Origin: Octopus sinensis
Lineage: Eukaryota
Assembly: GCF_006345805.1 (NCBI RefSeq)
Contig: NC_042997.1
Coordinates: forward strand, 169,694,001-169,758,000
Direction: 5' to 3'
Length of the DNA stretch: 64,000 nt
Shown here: piece after piece, positions 1 through 12,403 of the stretch
Layout: each line of letters starts with the position of its first letter
How positions within the stretch are numbered: the first letter of the stretch is position 1
The notes under the pieces: model-generated
What the model saw: the letters and a program-made list of their open reading frames with translations, nothing else
Database searches by the model: none
Told to the model about the DNA's origin: nothing
Translations under genes and position numbers: made by a program

Positions 1-64
1 ACAACAGTTGATCATTTAGATTTTTACTTTCTTTACCAAATATGATTTCATTGTTTTATTATTA

Positions 65-285
65 AGAGTGGAGGACTGGCAGAATTGTTAGTGTGTCAGA
101 AAAAATACCATTCAGTATTTATTCTAGCTCTTCACATTCAGAGCTCAAACCTGCCAAGGTCATCCTTGCCTCTCATTCTTCCAGGCTCAGTAAATGCATC
201 TATTGAGTCTTGGGATCAGTGTTATCAACTAACCTCTTTCCCTTATATTACTAGCCTTGAATCTAAATTAGAAACAATTGCTAGT
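65..285 (+). mobile_element. Degenerate tRNA-head SINE (family B, GGNGAGCTGGCAGAA-type head)
   Basis: Head GGAGGACTGGCAGAATTGTTAG and body similar to the copies at 15232-15440 and 58290-58440; boundaries approximate. Confidence 0.55.
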
Positions 286-1519
286 TCAGTATTATACTAA
301 TAATGGCTTTTTGAAAGAATTCTTATACATTGTTTTACTTGTGATATGAATAAACAAATCATTCATTTAATCTTCCATCCAGCCTATAAATGTTAAAGCA
401 ATCTAATGAATATTCTAATCATGCCTGTTATTTTCTTTAATTAATTCTGTCAACTCAATAAAGACTCTTATTTTTTTTTATATTTTGCTCTGCATTTGTT
501 AAATAATGATCCTTAATTATGTTTCTAATAATTTAAACAAAAGTCTTAATTGTAATAGGTTAATTACAGGGCAGTGAAATCTCTAACTTTAAATTATATT
601 TGGTATCAAATGTGTTAGTGTTTTCTCTTCTTTGGATTATACTAGCAATCCAAGAGAAGATTTTGCATCTTCCTTAAAAATTATACCCAAATCTGTGTCA
701 TGAAGATATGTACTTTTAGATAAATAATTCATCTTAATGAATGAAAATGATAACAAATTATGTAGGAGATGGATGAAATCACTTAAATTCATGTACAGTA
801 CCTGTGGTATTTAACTGGACACAGAAGGATAAAATGCAGTTGATCCTGACAGCATTTGATTTTGGAAAATGAGGATGTATGAATAAATACAACTGTATTT
901 TCTCAAATACAAGGTGATTTCAATACAACATCAGTAATATATTTTAATCTTTTTTTTTTTGCTTTTATTTTTGAATATATTGCTGTCCCTCAGTTTTGGC
1001 CCTGCTGTTTTGCATTAAATTTCTTGTGTTATACATAAATAAATATGGCATATGATATTTAGTTCATGGTTCTACAAATTGTTATTCCACTACTGTGGAA
1101 TACTGAGGAAGGGTATTATAGTGAGCTGAATCAATTTCAGTAAATAACTAATATTTATATTTTGTCATCCTTAAGGGTTGAAATGTAATAATAGTTAATA
1201 ATAGATAATTTTTTTTTTTATTGTTTACATTTTTTAATTGTTATTAAAGGTTGGAACTTTGGACTCATTTGTTTCACATTCCTAGTCTGACAATAATGTT
1301 ACTTATTCTCCCTCTAGACTTTCATTTTACTGTCTCAAAGTAAAACCAGCTTCCATGCCCCTATTTACTCATTGGAATATGAAAATTATTCAAGTATTGA
1401 CTGTCTCAATCTTCAAAGACTAAGAAATAGCAGCAATTAAAAACAGAGCTATATTATAAACTATAGATAAGCACATACACACACACACACACATATACAT
1501 ATATATATATATAATGTCT

Positions 1520-1842
1520 CATTTATAACTACATATTGACCTACCATAAATGGCTAATATGAGTTGAATGAGACATGCTTATCTACATGGCCGAAACAGC
1601 TGTAAGATATAGTCTATATTTATATTTATGTGTACTTATATTTATGTTCTATTATACGTATTCTACTTATTGTATAACATAACTATTTTATGTACACTCC
1701 TTCATGTACACTGTTTTACCCTGCATGATTATGTTTAACCTTATAGTTTCTTATGTAGTGGTTTAATAAAGTATGTGATTGAGTATTATCTGGTAATTGA
1801 TATTTGATTTCGATGTATTTCTCCATTTTCTTATTTTGTATA

Positions 1843-1873
<31 letters not shown>

Positions 1874-2060
1874 TCTCTTATACATATTGTACTTATTGTA
1901 TCATATTACTCCTTTATGTACACTGTTTTGTCCTATATTATTATGTTTGACCTTAAAGTTTCTTATGTTGTGGTTTAATAAAGTATGTGATTGGGTATTA
2001 TCTGGTAGTTGATATTTGATTTGGATGTATTTCTCCATTTTCTTATTTTGTATTATGAAT
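1520..2060 (+). mobile_element. PLE pseudo-LTR-like remnant with decayed hammerhead and a ~190-bp tandem duplication
   Basis: 1666-1840 and 1892-2051 are diverged direct copies separated by (TA)n; hammerhead-like motif at 1564-1608. Confidence 0.5.
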
Positions 2061-2222
2061 TTGTGGTAAAACATTTTACCTTTGCCCATATAATACAGTA
2101 AATGAATTAATTGCATCGCAATTCTTAACATTTATGTATTAACTCTGTTGGGTACTTCACTAGCAGTATATTGGATATATGTTATCCCATGGAGGGTTGC
2201 ATTTACAACCCCTATCTCAATT

Positions 2223-2289
<67 letters not shown>

Positions 2290-2291
<2 letters not shown>

Positions 2292-4413
2292 TCATCATCA
2301 TCATTTAACGTCCGCTTTCCATGCTAGCATGGGTTGGACGGTTCAACTGGGGTCTGGGGAGCCCGAAGGCTGCACCAGGCCAGTCAGATCTGGCAGTGTT
2401 TGTACAGCTGGATGCCCTTCCTAACGCCAACCACTCCGAGAGTGTAGTGGGTGATTTTATGTGCCAGCGACACAGGTGCCAGATGAGGCTGGCAGACAGC
2501 CACGCTCGGATGGTGTTTTTATGTGCCACCGACACAGGTGCCAGATGAGGCTGGCGAACGGCCACGATCGGATGGTGTTTGTTACGTGCCCACAGCACGG
2601 AGGCCAGTCGATGCGGTACTGGCTACAGCCACGTTCGGATGGTTTTCTTGTGTGCCACCGGCACTGGTACCACAAAGATACAAATTCCATTGATGTTCAT
2701 CTATTTTGATTTGTTTTGATTTTGATTTTCACTTGCCTCAACAGGTCTTCACAAGTGTCACAAGAAGGAAGGTATGCACAGGTGGACTGACTACGTCCCA
2801 GGTAGGGGCCACGGGTTATGGCCTGACTAGTCTTGCTGGGTCTTCTCACGCACAGCATACTTCCATAGGTCTCAGTCTCTAGTCATTTCCTCAGTGAGAC
2901 CTAAAGTTCGAAGGTCGTGCTTCACCACCTCGTCCCAGGTTTTCCTGGGTCTACCTCTTCCACAGGTTCCCTCAACTGCTAGGGTGTAGCACTTTTGCAC
3001 ACAACTATCTTCAGCCATTCTCGTCACATGACCATACCAGCGCAGCTGTCTCTCTTGCACACCACAACTGACACTTCTTAGGTTCAACTTTTCTCTCTAG
3101 GTACTTACACTCTGACGATTATGAACACTGACATTACACATCCATCGGAGTATACTGGCTTCATTTCTTGCGAGCTTACGCATATCCTCAGCAGTCACGG
3201 CCCATGTTTCACTACCATGTAGCATGGCTGTATGTACACATGCATCATACAGTCTGCCTTTTACTCTGAGCGAGAGGCCTTTTGTCACCAGCAGGGGTAA
3301 GAGCTCTCTAAACTTTGCCCAGGCTATTCTTACTCTAGCAGTTACACTTTCAGCACACCCACCCCCGCTACTGACTTGGTCTCCTAGGTAGCGGAAGCTA
3401 TCAACTACTTCTAGTTTGTCTCCCTGGAACGTGGTAGAAGTTGGTCTCTGCACATTTCCAGTGTTTATTGTTCCTGAGCATCTGCCACAGACAAAAACTA
3501 TTTGCCTAGTTAGCCTTCCTTTGACATTGCTGCACCTCTTATGTGTCCATAGCTTACACTTGGTGCACCTTATAGAGTTTCTACCTACACCTTTTTTACA
3601 GATCGAGCAGGGCCATCTACCTGAAGTCGTTTGTGATTGGTCCACCTTCCTACTTATTAGGACTTTGGTTTTGGCTAGGTTGATTCTAAGGCCCTTCGAT
3701 TCTAATCCTTGTTTCCACACCTGAAACTTCTCCTCCAGTTCTGATAGTGACTCAGCAATTAGATCAAGGTCATCAGCATAGAGGAGCTCCCAGGGGCATC
3801 CTGTCTTGAATTCCTCTGTTATTGCCTGGAGGACTATGATAAATAGGAGGGGACTGAGGACTGAACCTTGGTGGACCCCTACCTCTATCCGGAATTCTTC
3901 ACTGTACTCATTGCCAACCCTCACCTTACTAGCAGCGTCTCTGTACATGGCTCGCACAGCTCTCACTAACCATTCATCTATCCCTAGTTTCCTCATTGAC
4001 CACCAGATAAGGGATCGGGGGACCCTGTCAAAGGCTTTCTCCGAGTCAACAAAAGCCAGGTACAAGGGCTTATCTTTGGCTAGGTATTTCTCCTGCAGCT
4101 GTCTTACCAGGAATATAGCATCAGTGGTACTTTTCCCTGGCACGAACCCAAACTGCATATCATCTAAGCTAACTCTCTCTCTTATTAATTGGGCTATAAC
4201 CCTCTCCGTAACCTTCATTACCTGATCCAGCACCTTGATGCCCCTGTAGTTATTTGTATCTAGGGCGTCGCCTTTACCTTTGTAGCAGTTGACCATTATG
4301 CTGCTACACCAGTCATTGGGTATTACTCCTTCGTGTATCACCTGGTTAACTATACGGGTGACTAGGCTATAGCCGACACTATCAGATATTTTGAGCATCT
4401 CTGCAGTAATTCC
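2290..4413 (-). mobile_element. RTE-clade LINE, 5'-truncated, with (GAT)n tail
   Basis: RT ORF, a 3' UTR with ~60-bp repeats, and a (CAT)n tail on the + strand abutting (TA)n; the 5' end stops at a (TACA)n tract. Confidence 0.95.
2827..4413 (-). pseudogene. RTE ORF2 reverse transcriptase, partial, with two premature stops
   Basis: RT motifs NYRGI, QFGFVPG, FVDSEKAFDRV, GVHQGSVLSPLLF, LLYADDL, FRYLG, LRWYGHV, RGRPRKTW. In-frame TAG at 3097-3099 and TGA at 2872-2874. The first ~22 aa of the ORF-track call are microsatellite read-through. Confidence 0.92.
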
Positions 4414-5511
4414 TACACACATACATAGATACATACATACATACACACATATACATATAGGAGGTTGTAAATTTATAGACATTGAAACAATAGTTTATTT
4501 TGTTATTGTTCTAGTGAATACTATTAATAGAGACAATGTATCTCTACTTTCACATACACACACTTTTATTCATACTTAAGTGTTACAGTCTGGGGAGGTT
4601 TTAGCTAAGATTAAATAAAAGTAGTTAAAAATAAAACAATACAAAGATCTGCCGATTAAACACAGGCATACATACAAACTTATATCTAGATAAATGCACA
4701 TGTGTATGCATGCAGGCACGCATGCATGTGCATGCACACACACACACACACACACACATTAGGATATAAAGATAAAGTTACTATTTAGTATCTGTAGGTG
4801 TGACGGCTTTCTCAGTAATTTGTCTCTGGAAATGCGTTAGCTGTATTTAATGTGAGTAAAAAGTTTTTCTTATTGTTGTTTACTGCAGGGCAGCCCATAT
4901 CATACACACCTAAGATGAAAAACTGTAACTAGGCAGTCTTTCCTTTTACTTTTTTTTCTTTTTATTTAGACATAACATTGTCTATCCAATGTAACCTTCT
5001 CTGAGGAAAATTTTACTGCCATTTCTATGAGTTTGAGCCTTACAGATGCTTCCTTATTTTTTTTTATGAACATTTTAAATTTTACTTTAAACAGAATGAC
5101 TGAAGGGATCTTATTTTAATAATTGTACTGTGACCTAGAATTAAATAAGTAATGACTACTATTTTGGACATCCTTGTTCATATCATGTAGATATTTTACA
5201 TTTGAATAAGTCCAGTTTTTTCTAAATAACTCTGAACATTTTCAAAGATTAAATTTTTCAGATAGTACTCAGGCAGATAGTTGTTAGAAGTTAGGTTTAA
5301 AGTACAAAATTGATTACCCTACTGGCTATTAAATATTAGGATGATTAATACGGTGTTATCCGATAAATGTTTATTCGACTTGAATTGATTTCTATAACTT
5401 AGTATCTTAAAATAGTTGAAAATTTAAGAAGTGTGTGTATGTATTTATAGACATGTGTGTCAATAAAATGTATGTATTTTATATATACATACATACATAT
5501 ATATATATATA

Positions 5512-5790
5512 TCATCATCATCATCATCGTTTAACGTCCGTTCTCCATGCTAGCATGGGTTGGACGGTTCGACCGGGGATCTGGGAAGCCAGAAGGCTGC
5601 ACCATGCTCCAGTCTTATCTGGCAATGTTTCTACAGCTGGATGCCCTTCCTAATGCCAACCACTCCGTGAGTGTAGTGGGTGCTTTTTACGTGCCACCCG
5701 CACAGGTGCCAGGTGAGGCTGGCAACGGCCACGGTCGGATTGGTGCCTTTTACGTGCCACCAGCACAGAAGCCAGTCGAGGCGGTGCTGG
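5512..5790 (-). mobile_element. RTE LINE 3' UTR fragment
   Basis: Homologous to 2290-2600; (CAT)n tail; (TA)n on both sides. Confidence 0.9.
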
Positions 5791-5796
5791 CATATA

Positions 5797-5855
<59 letters not shown>

Positions 5856-5859
<4 letters not shown>

Positions 5860-6216
5860 AGGAGTAGGTGTGTGGTAAGAAGCTTGCTTCCCAACATGTT
5901 TCCGGGTTCAGTTCCCCTGTGTGACATTTTGGGCAAGTGTCTTCTACTATAGCCCTTGGCCAACCAAAGCCTTGTGAGTAGATTTGGTAGATGGAAACTG
6001 AAAGAAGCCTATCGTGTATGTATATATATATATATATATGTGTCTGTGTTTTTATGTGTCTGTGTTTGTCCCCTCACCATTGCTTGACAACTGATGTTGG
6101 CGTGTTTATGCCCCTGTAGATAGGCCTACAAAGAATAAGTCCTGGGGTCGATTTGTTCAACAAAAGGTGGTGCTCCAGCGTGGCCCCAGTCAAGTGACTG
6201 AAACAAATAAAAGAAT
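5856..6216 (+). mobile_element. tRNA-head SINE (family A)
   Basis: Head GGAGTAGGTGTGTGGTAAG with B-box-like GGGTTCAGTTCC, central microsatellite and tail GACTGAAACAAATAAAAGAATA; same family as 57571-57968. Confidence 0.85.
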
Positions 6217-6673
6217 ATATATATATCTTATAAAGTAAGTTTAGGCCAGTTTATGGGATTACCCTGGGTTTCATGTCCATAAAGCTCGGAGCTTTATGGC
6301 ATATCATCAGATCCCAAGCCTCTTGGCTTATAGCTTCTCTTTTGAGCATTGTTCATTTTTATAAATAGCCAGTCTTAATAGCACACTTACTGTTCTAATG
6401 TTATTATTTATATTTATAACCTGAGAAAGAAACTAGACAAAAAAAAGAAGAACAGATTGATCTGAAGTTATTGGCTGCAGCTACTAATGCCATCACAAAT
6501 CTTTTACTTTACCTTCTTAATCTTTGTATTGGTTTTTGTAAACATTTTATAGCACAGATTCTTAAAAAATTTTATTTTACTCAAATACTTGAAGAGGAAA
6601 AATTTAGAACTGCTTATGTTGTTTTAAACATTTCATTAAAATAAACTATAAGACAATGAGAGAATCTCTACAT

Positions 6674-6913
6674 CAGTGAATCTCAATCATTTTTTGCCTG
6701 TGGACCCCCTTTGATTCCTGTTTTACCTGGGTGGACCCTCATAGCTATATGATGATTTAAAAATCCTATTTTTATAGTTAAATATTATTAGGAATTGTAT
6801 TTAAAATTTTTTTTTAAAATATTTTGTGCATTGTAAAAGTATATGCTCATAAACTTTAACAAAATCTTGTCAGGGCCCTCATTGATTGTGTGGACCCTGG
6901 TTGAGAATCACTA
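6674..6913. mobile_element. hAT-type MITE
   Basis: Imperfect TIRs CAGTGAATCTCAATC / GGTTGAGAATCACTA; 8-bp TSD CTCTACAT / CTCCACAT (one mismatch). Confidence 0.8.
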
Positions 6914-8335
6914 CTCCACATAATCACTCAATCCCTTATTTCTAGCAGCTAAATCTTCCTCAAATCTCAATTCAACATCTTTACGGTTTTTTTTGTTTTT
7001 TTTAATGTGAAATGTAAGTTCATATTAGACAATGTAATCTAAGAAACTCTATAGGGTAGGGTGATTGGATGTTATGGCTTGACTGTCTAATGTGTTAGAC
7101 CATATGTCTGCTATATCAGAGCTATGTCTAAACGACAAAGGAGTGTTCTTTAATACTGACATTTACTTGAAAATTCAACATTTTTCATAAAACTGCAAAA
7201 TCTACTAAGATCAAAATCCTTCTTCTATAATTAATTAACAAATAATTTTGTTTTTCTTTTTTTGTTTATATAGCAAAAGTCATGTAGTTAGCATTGTTTT
7301 CAGTTAAATAAGTTATCAGAAAAAGAAAAATTGTGAGGTCATGGGGAAAACTGAAATTTCACTTGTATATCTGCCAAATTGTTTCATAGATTTTTTTTGG
7401 ACCAAATACACGTTCTTTGATACATAATATTATGTGCTGTTAATGATTAGCAATAATCGAAGATGTTAGGCTAGAAGAAATCTGGAATTACATACTTATG
7501 TCTCACATAAAATGGTTATGACAAAATAGAAGGATGTGAATCAGACTTTCTAAAGACAATGCTAAAAGCTTTGAGAAACAAGAAATTAATATAATCATGA
7601 AAATCAAGTTGATTCATTCAGCAAAGATATAAACATTTCATGTAAACTTTTGTGTGATAGACAATAAATGAGTAGTTGAAAATAAAAGAGAGATGCATTT
7701 TTCTAATGTTTATGCATTTCTCAGATGATTATATACTTAGTCAAATTTTGTTTTACAATTCTTTAATCAATTTTTTTCATTATTTTGTATGTGTAACAAA
7801 AATTGACAAAATGATGCTGGAGAGAAAGGGTATCCAGCTATAGGAATTATTTCTTCAACCGTATTAATGCAAACATTCAAATTTGCAAAAACACAATCTC
7901 ACTCATAAATGAATGGATGTAAAACAAAAAAAAAAAGGAGATATTGAAAATTAACTGCTCTTAGATGATATAAAGAAAGCTTGCCTCATCATAGTAATCT
8001 CCACTTCACTCTTATCCTCTTTTTGTAATCTGTATTGTATAATTTTATGACTGATAATGTATCAGTTCTTGGGTTAAAGGTTTTCTTGATTTATACTACC
8101 CTTACTCTTTACCTCAGAGAAAGTCAGAAATGTTGCAGATGACGATAATTAACATACTTGTGATGGTGGTGAATAACAGGTATTTTGTTAATTTGGAAAC
8201 ACATGTTAGACATGTTTGTATCATCTTCATTAAGATTATTTATTTTAGTTTAATGAAGTAACAAAACAAAAGTAAATAATTTTCATTGGGCTATAAATTG
8301 TATGTATATTGTGTACATATGTTTGTGTGTATGCA

Positions 8336-8375
<40 letters not shown>

Positions 8376-8655
8376 AAGAAGGAAGTAAATTCAGTTATAT
8401 AGCCAAACAAAACCTTATGTTTTGTGTTCCATGGAAGATAAGCTGCATAAACATTACTGGGAAAGTGTTTTTTCTTGTACTTTTTCTTTTGATAGGCCTG
8501 TAACTATGAAAGAACTAAGACAGCAGATGTATTTAACATATGTAATACTGCTAAAATCATTTACACCACTCCCAGCTGTTTGCTTTTCCAGGTGACACAT
8601 TAGTTATTACTCATTTAGTCTTTTGCAATATTTTTTTAAAAAGTTCTTTTCTTGC

Positions 8656-9024
8656 AGTCATGGCTCTCTGGTTAAGTAGCTTGCTTTGCAACCCACATGG
8701 TTTCAGGTTCAGTCCTACTGCACAGCACCTTAGGTAAATGTCTTCTGCTCTAACCCCAGGCCAATCAATGCCATGGAAGGGAAATTGATGGAGAGAAACT
8801 GCGAAAGCCCATTGATATGTATATATGTGTGCAGGTGTCTGTGTTTGTCCTCATCCACCATCACTTGATAAACGGTGTTGGTTTGTTTATATCCCTGTAA
8901 TTTAGTAGTTCTAAAAAAAGACAAATAAAATGGAGACAGGGCATTTTGTTTGAATAAACCCTTTAAGGTGGAGTCCCAGCATAACCACACTCCAATAACT
9001 GAAATAAGTAATAGAAAAAGAATA
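8656..9024 (+). mobile_element. SINE family A, diverged
   Basis: Head, body and tail similar to the other family A copies. Confidence 0.75.
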
Positions 9025-9787
9025 ATAAAAGAGACAAATTTACAAATCCTGAATTTGCAAAGATTTTACTGATATCTTTGCTCTTTTTATAATTCAAAAC
9101 CATTCTTCAACACCTTCTTTAAGAACAAATCTGCTGCTATTTTTCATTTGAAAAATTGTTTTTAGCATTTCTAAAATCATTATTTTTGAGATTTTTTTTT
9201 TTTCAATTTTGTTAGTCATCCCTTTCCCTTTTCTGTTTTGAGTGTTAGAATTTGAAATGTTTATTTTCATCAGGATTTTATTTCCCTTTTTCATTATTTC
9301 TTGGATAACATTCAAGTCTTGTTTAGTATGTATGTGTATTTATTACTCCACATGGTTTTGTCAATGCTGGAAAAGATTCGTTTTTGAGTGTTTGTGGCCA
9401 AAGGTGAAATGGATAGAACAATTTTGAAGAAGTTTGAGTTTTATCTAGCAACAATCTGGTTGTATGTTGTCAGAATAGAACATTAAAATAATGTTAGGAG
9501 AGAGATTCCTGATAAGTTTAATGTATTGGACAGGAAGTGGTAAAGTTGGAAATAATCTCAGCTCAATCATGCTATAATTTATAGCATGATTAAGTATTGG
9601 GTTGCATTAAGTTTTATTAAGAAGATGGTATGTATATGTGATAAAAAGGGAACGAGAATGATGAAATGTCATAAACTGATTAATAGTATCCAAAGTAACA
9701 GAAAAATTGAGACAGTTTAGATTGAATTTGCAAAAATTAATGTTAACTGAAAGAGTAGCTTTCATTTTAAATGTTGTAGCGATTGTT

Positions 9788-9821
<34 letters not shown>

Positions 9822-9892
9822 TATATTTCATTTTTATTTCTATTTATTTTGTTTTCATTTCTTGAATTTGTAATAATTTTTCCCAATATAGA

Positions 9893-10030
9893 TGCATAAG
9901 GCTTGAAATTTTAGTGGGAGGAGTTAGTCAATTTCATTGACCCCAGAATTTGACTGGTAATTCATTTCATTAACCCTGGAAGGATGAAAGGTGAAGTTGA
10001 CTCCAGCAGGATTTGAACTTACACTGTAAA
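9893..10030 (-). mobile_element. SINE family B fragment
   Basis: GAAAGGTGAAGTTGACTCCAGCAGGATTTGAACT and AGGCTTGAAATTTT match the 15232-15440 copy. Confidence 0.7.
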
Positions 10031-10061
10031 TAGACAATATATATATATATATATATATATA

Positions 10062-10253
10062 TCATCATCATCATCATCGTTTAATGTCCGTTCTCCATGC
10101 TAGCATGGGTTGGACGGTTCGACCGGGGATCTGGGAAGCCAGAAGGCTGCACCAGGCTCCAGTCTGATCTGGCAGTGTTTCTACAGCTGGATGCCCTTCC
10201 TAACGCCAACCACTCCGTGAGTGTAGTGGGTGCTTTTTACATGCCACCTGCAC

Positions 10254-10256
<3 letters not shown>
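10062..10256 (-). mobile_element. RTE LINE 3' UTR fragment
   Basis: (CAT)n tail and conserved 3' end; (TA)n on both sides. Confidence 0.9.
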
Positions 10257-10305
<49 letters not shown>

Positions 10306-10339
10306 TGAGTGTATTTTTACCTTGTTAACAATTAACACA

Positions 10340-10615
10340 GAAAAAATAAATAAATAGTTACCAGGGCAGCAAAAATCTCACAAGTAAAGGTGTTGTAACT
10401 CCTTGTTTATAAAGGTAGAAACTTCGTGTTTACGTTGAATATTGTGAAGGAGTTACAACACCTTTACTTGTGACACCTGCGTTGACTCCATTTTTTATTC
10501 ATATTATTCAAAATATTCAACGTAAACACGAAGTTTCTACCTTTATAAACAAGGAGTTACAACACCTTTACTTGTGAACACCTGCGTTAACTCCATTTTT
10601 TATTCATATATATAT
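10340..10615. mobile_element. Rearranged PLE-like repeat with internal inverted and direct duplication
   Basis: 66-bp inverted arms at 10378-10443 and 10512-10577; shares AATAAANAGTTACCAGGGNAGCAAAA with 41113-41140. Confidence 0.6.
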
Positions 10616-10639
10616 ATCTCCTCTGCATCCTTCTCCAGC

Positions 10640-10878
10640 TGAGCATTCCTAATCTTGCAGGCTTGTGGGTGCTGGTGCCACATAAAAAGCACCTCTACTG
10701 ATGCCATGTAAAAGCACCCAGTACACTTTGTAAAGTGGTTGGCATTAGGAAGGGCATCCAGTCATTGAAACCAAGCCAAAACAGACATGGAGCCTGGACA
10801 GCTTTTCAGAAGGCCAGCTCTTGTCAAACTGTCCTACCCATGCCAGCATGAAAAACAGGTGTTAAATGATGATGATGA
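10640..10878 (+). mobile_element. Older RTE-related 3' end fragment
   Basis: GTGGTTGGCATTAGGAAGGGCATCCAG ... CCATGCCAGCATG ... (GAT)n tail. Confidence 0.75.
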
Positions 10879-11438
10879 TCACTAGACATTTTCTAACAAT
10901 TCTGTTAACCTTGTTTCAACTGTGTCTAATTTAGGCACGAGGACAGCAATTTTAGTGGGAGAAGCTAGATGATTATATTAACTTATGCTTGTCTGTTACT
11001 TAGAAAGATAAAGTTGGCCCATGTAGAATTTGAATACAACATGTAAAGAGCTTGAAGAAATATTACAAAGCACTTTTTTTGACATGCTAATAACTCTGCC
11101 AACCTTGTAATAATTAAAACAAAATATCTACAAAATCTAACACAAGCAACAAGTATAATTTGCTGTCTGTATAACAAAACAGCATAAAAAGCCTAAACAA
11201 ACAAGTCATATGTAATTTAAAATATTAATAGTGAAAAATCGAAGACAACTTAATTAATATGAGTTTTCCAAACTTCCTTGTTTTTTGTATTTTTCTCTTT
11301 TCTGGTCTACTTGTTGATCTTCTTCAGTTGCCCTATTTCTACACATATTTTGACTCAGTCCAAACATAGAACTTTATTTCTAGTGCAGTAGATTTCAACA
11401 CTGTCTGATGATGCCTCAGCCTTATAGAATTCCTTTAA

Positions 11439-11659
11439 CCCTTTAGCATTCAAACCGGCCATATCCAGCCAGAATATTTAGCCTGTTTTATATTGAAACT
11501 GACCAGAGCTTGCCTCTTACCTCAGCCCTACCATGTCATTCTATAACTAAAAAAACCACATCACTGCAATCTCTAAACTACAAGATAATAAATGATTAAT
11601 TCAAAACAATATAAATAAACAAACATCACATTTGAGAGAGTAATCTGAACACTAAAGGG
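11439..11659. mobile_element. TTAA-flanked (piggyBac-type) MITE, family 1
   Basis: TIRs CCCTTTAG / CTAAAGGG flanked by TTAA at 11435-11438 and 11660-11663. Confidence 0.85.
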
Positions 11660-11792
11660 TTAAATTTTGATTTATCTTATTGATTATTCAACTGTTGAGA
11701 TATTTACTCCTCATTTCAGTAATGTTAGCTATAAATTTCAGAAGTCTGTATGAGGTTTTCTTATTGAGTTCTGAACACTTTGTGTACAGTTT

Positions 11793-11826
<34 letters not shown>

Positions 11827-11949
11827 TAGGCTGGGAACTTTATTGTGTAGGGATACGTAAATTCCATATTGCACCATGTATTTTTTTATTGGTTTCACTC
11901 CTAGGACTGTGGCCATGCTGAAGCACCACCTTAATTTATTTCCGATCAG

Positions 11950-12350
11950 CTTCGTTGTCTCTTTATGGTTGGAAGTTGGTCTATGACTGAGTCTGTATCA
12001 ACTTATCTTCCTCGAATGTATCCTCAAATGGTTGGCTAGTCCAGTATCATTATTAGGTGTATATCCAATGTTTTTTTTTAATATTTCAGTAGAGGTTCCT
12101 TTTATATTTCTGATTTCTTTAGGCAAGAACATAAACAGTTGATGACCTCTAATTATCGACTGGTACATTAGAGTGTTTTTGCTCATGATGTCGAAGGTGG
12201 TGTATTTGGAAGCTGACAGTGTCTAGTTCTATTATCCTAAACTTTTGTTTTTTCTTTTGATCAGAGCTTTGTGCTGTTCTCTTTTTATCTTCAAAAATTC
12301 CATTTTGCTTTTGTAATCATTGCTCAAAATGTATTGGATTTCATATATGC
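11950..12350 (-). pseudogene. CR1/L2-group LINE ORF2 C-terminal remnant
   Basis: IRGHQLFMFLPKEIRNIKGTSTEILKK resembles the conserved GPxLFNxLPxxIRN..FK end of CR1/L2-group ORF2; frameshifted. Confidence 0.55.
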
Positions 12351-12365
12351 TAGTTTTTAATTCAT

Positions 12366-12403
<38 letters not shown>

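Noticed and set aside
2455-2665. CRISPR-like repeat array
   Set aside because: Eukaryotic context, no unique spacers, no cas genes; the units are tandem and lie in the RTE 3' UTR.
2305-2709. Cys/His/Arg-rich ORFs in RTE 3' UTRs (also 16043-16499 and 38543-39482)
   Set aside because: GC-rich tandem units lack stops; frames are inconsistent between copies.
3416-4225. Plus-strand ORFs over the RT (also 17102-17821 and 40055-40621)
   Set aside because: Antisense shadows of the RT coding sequence.
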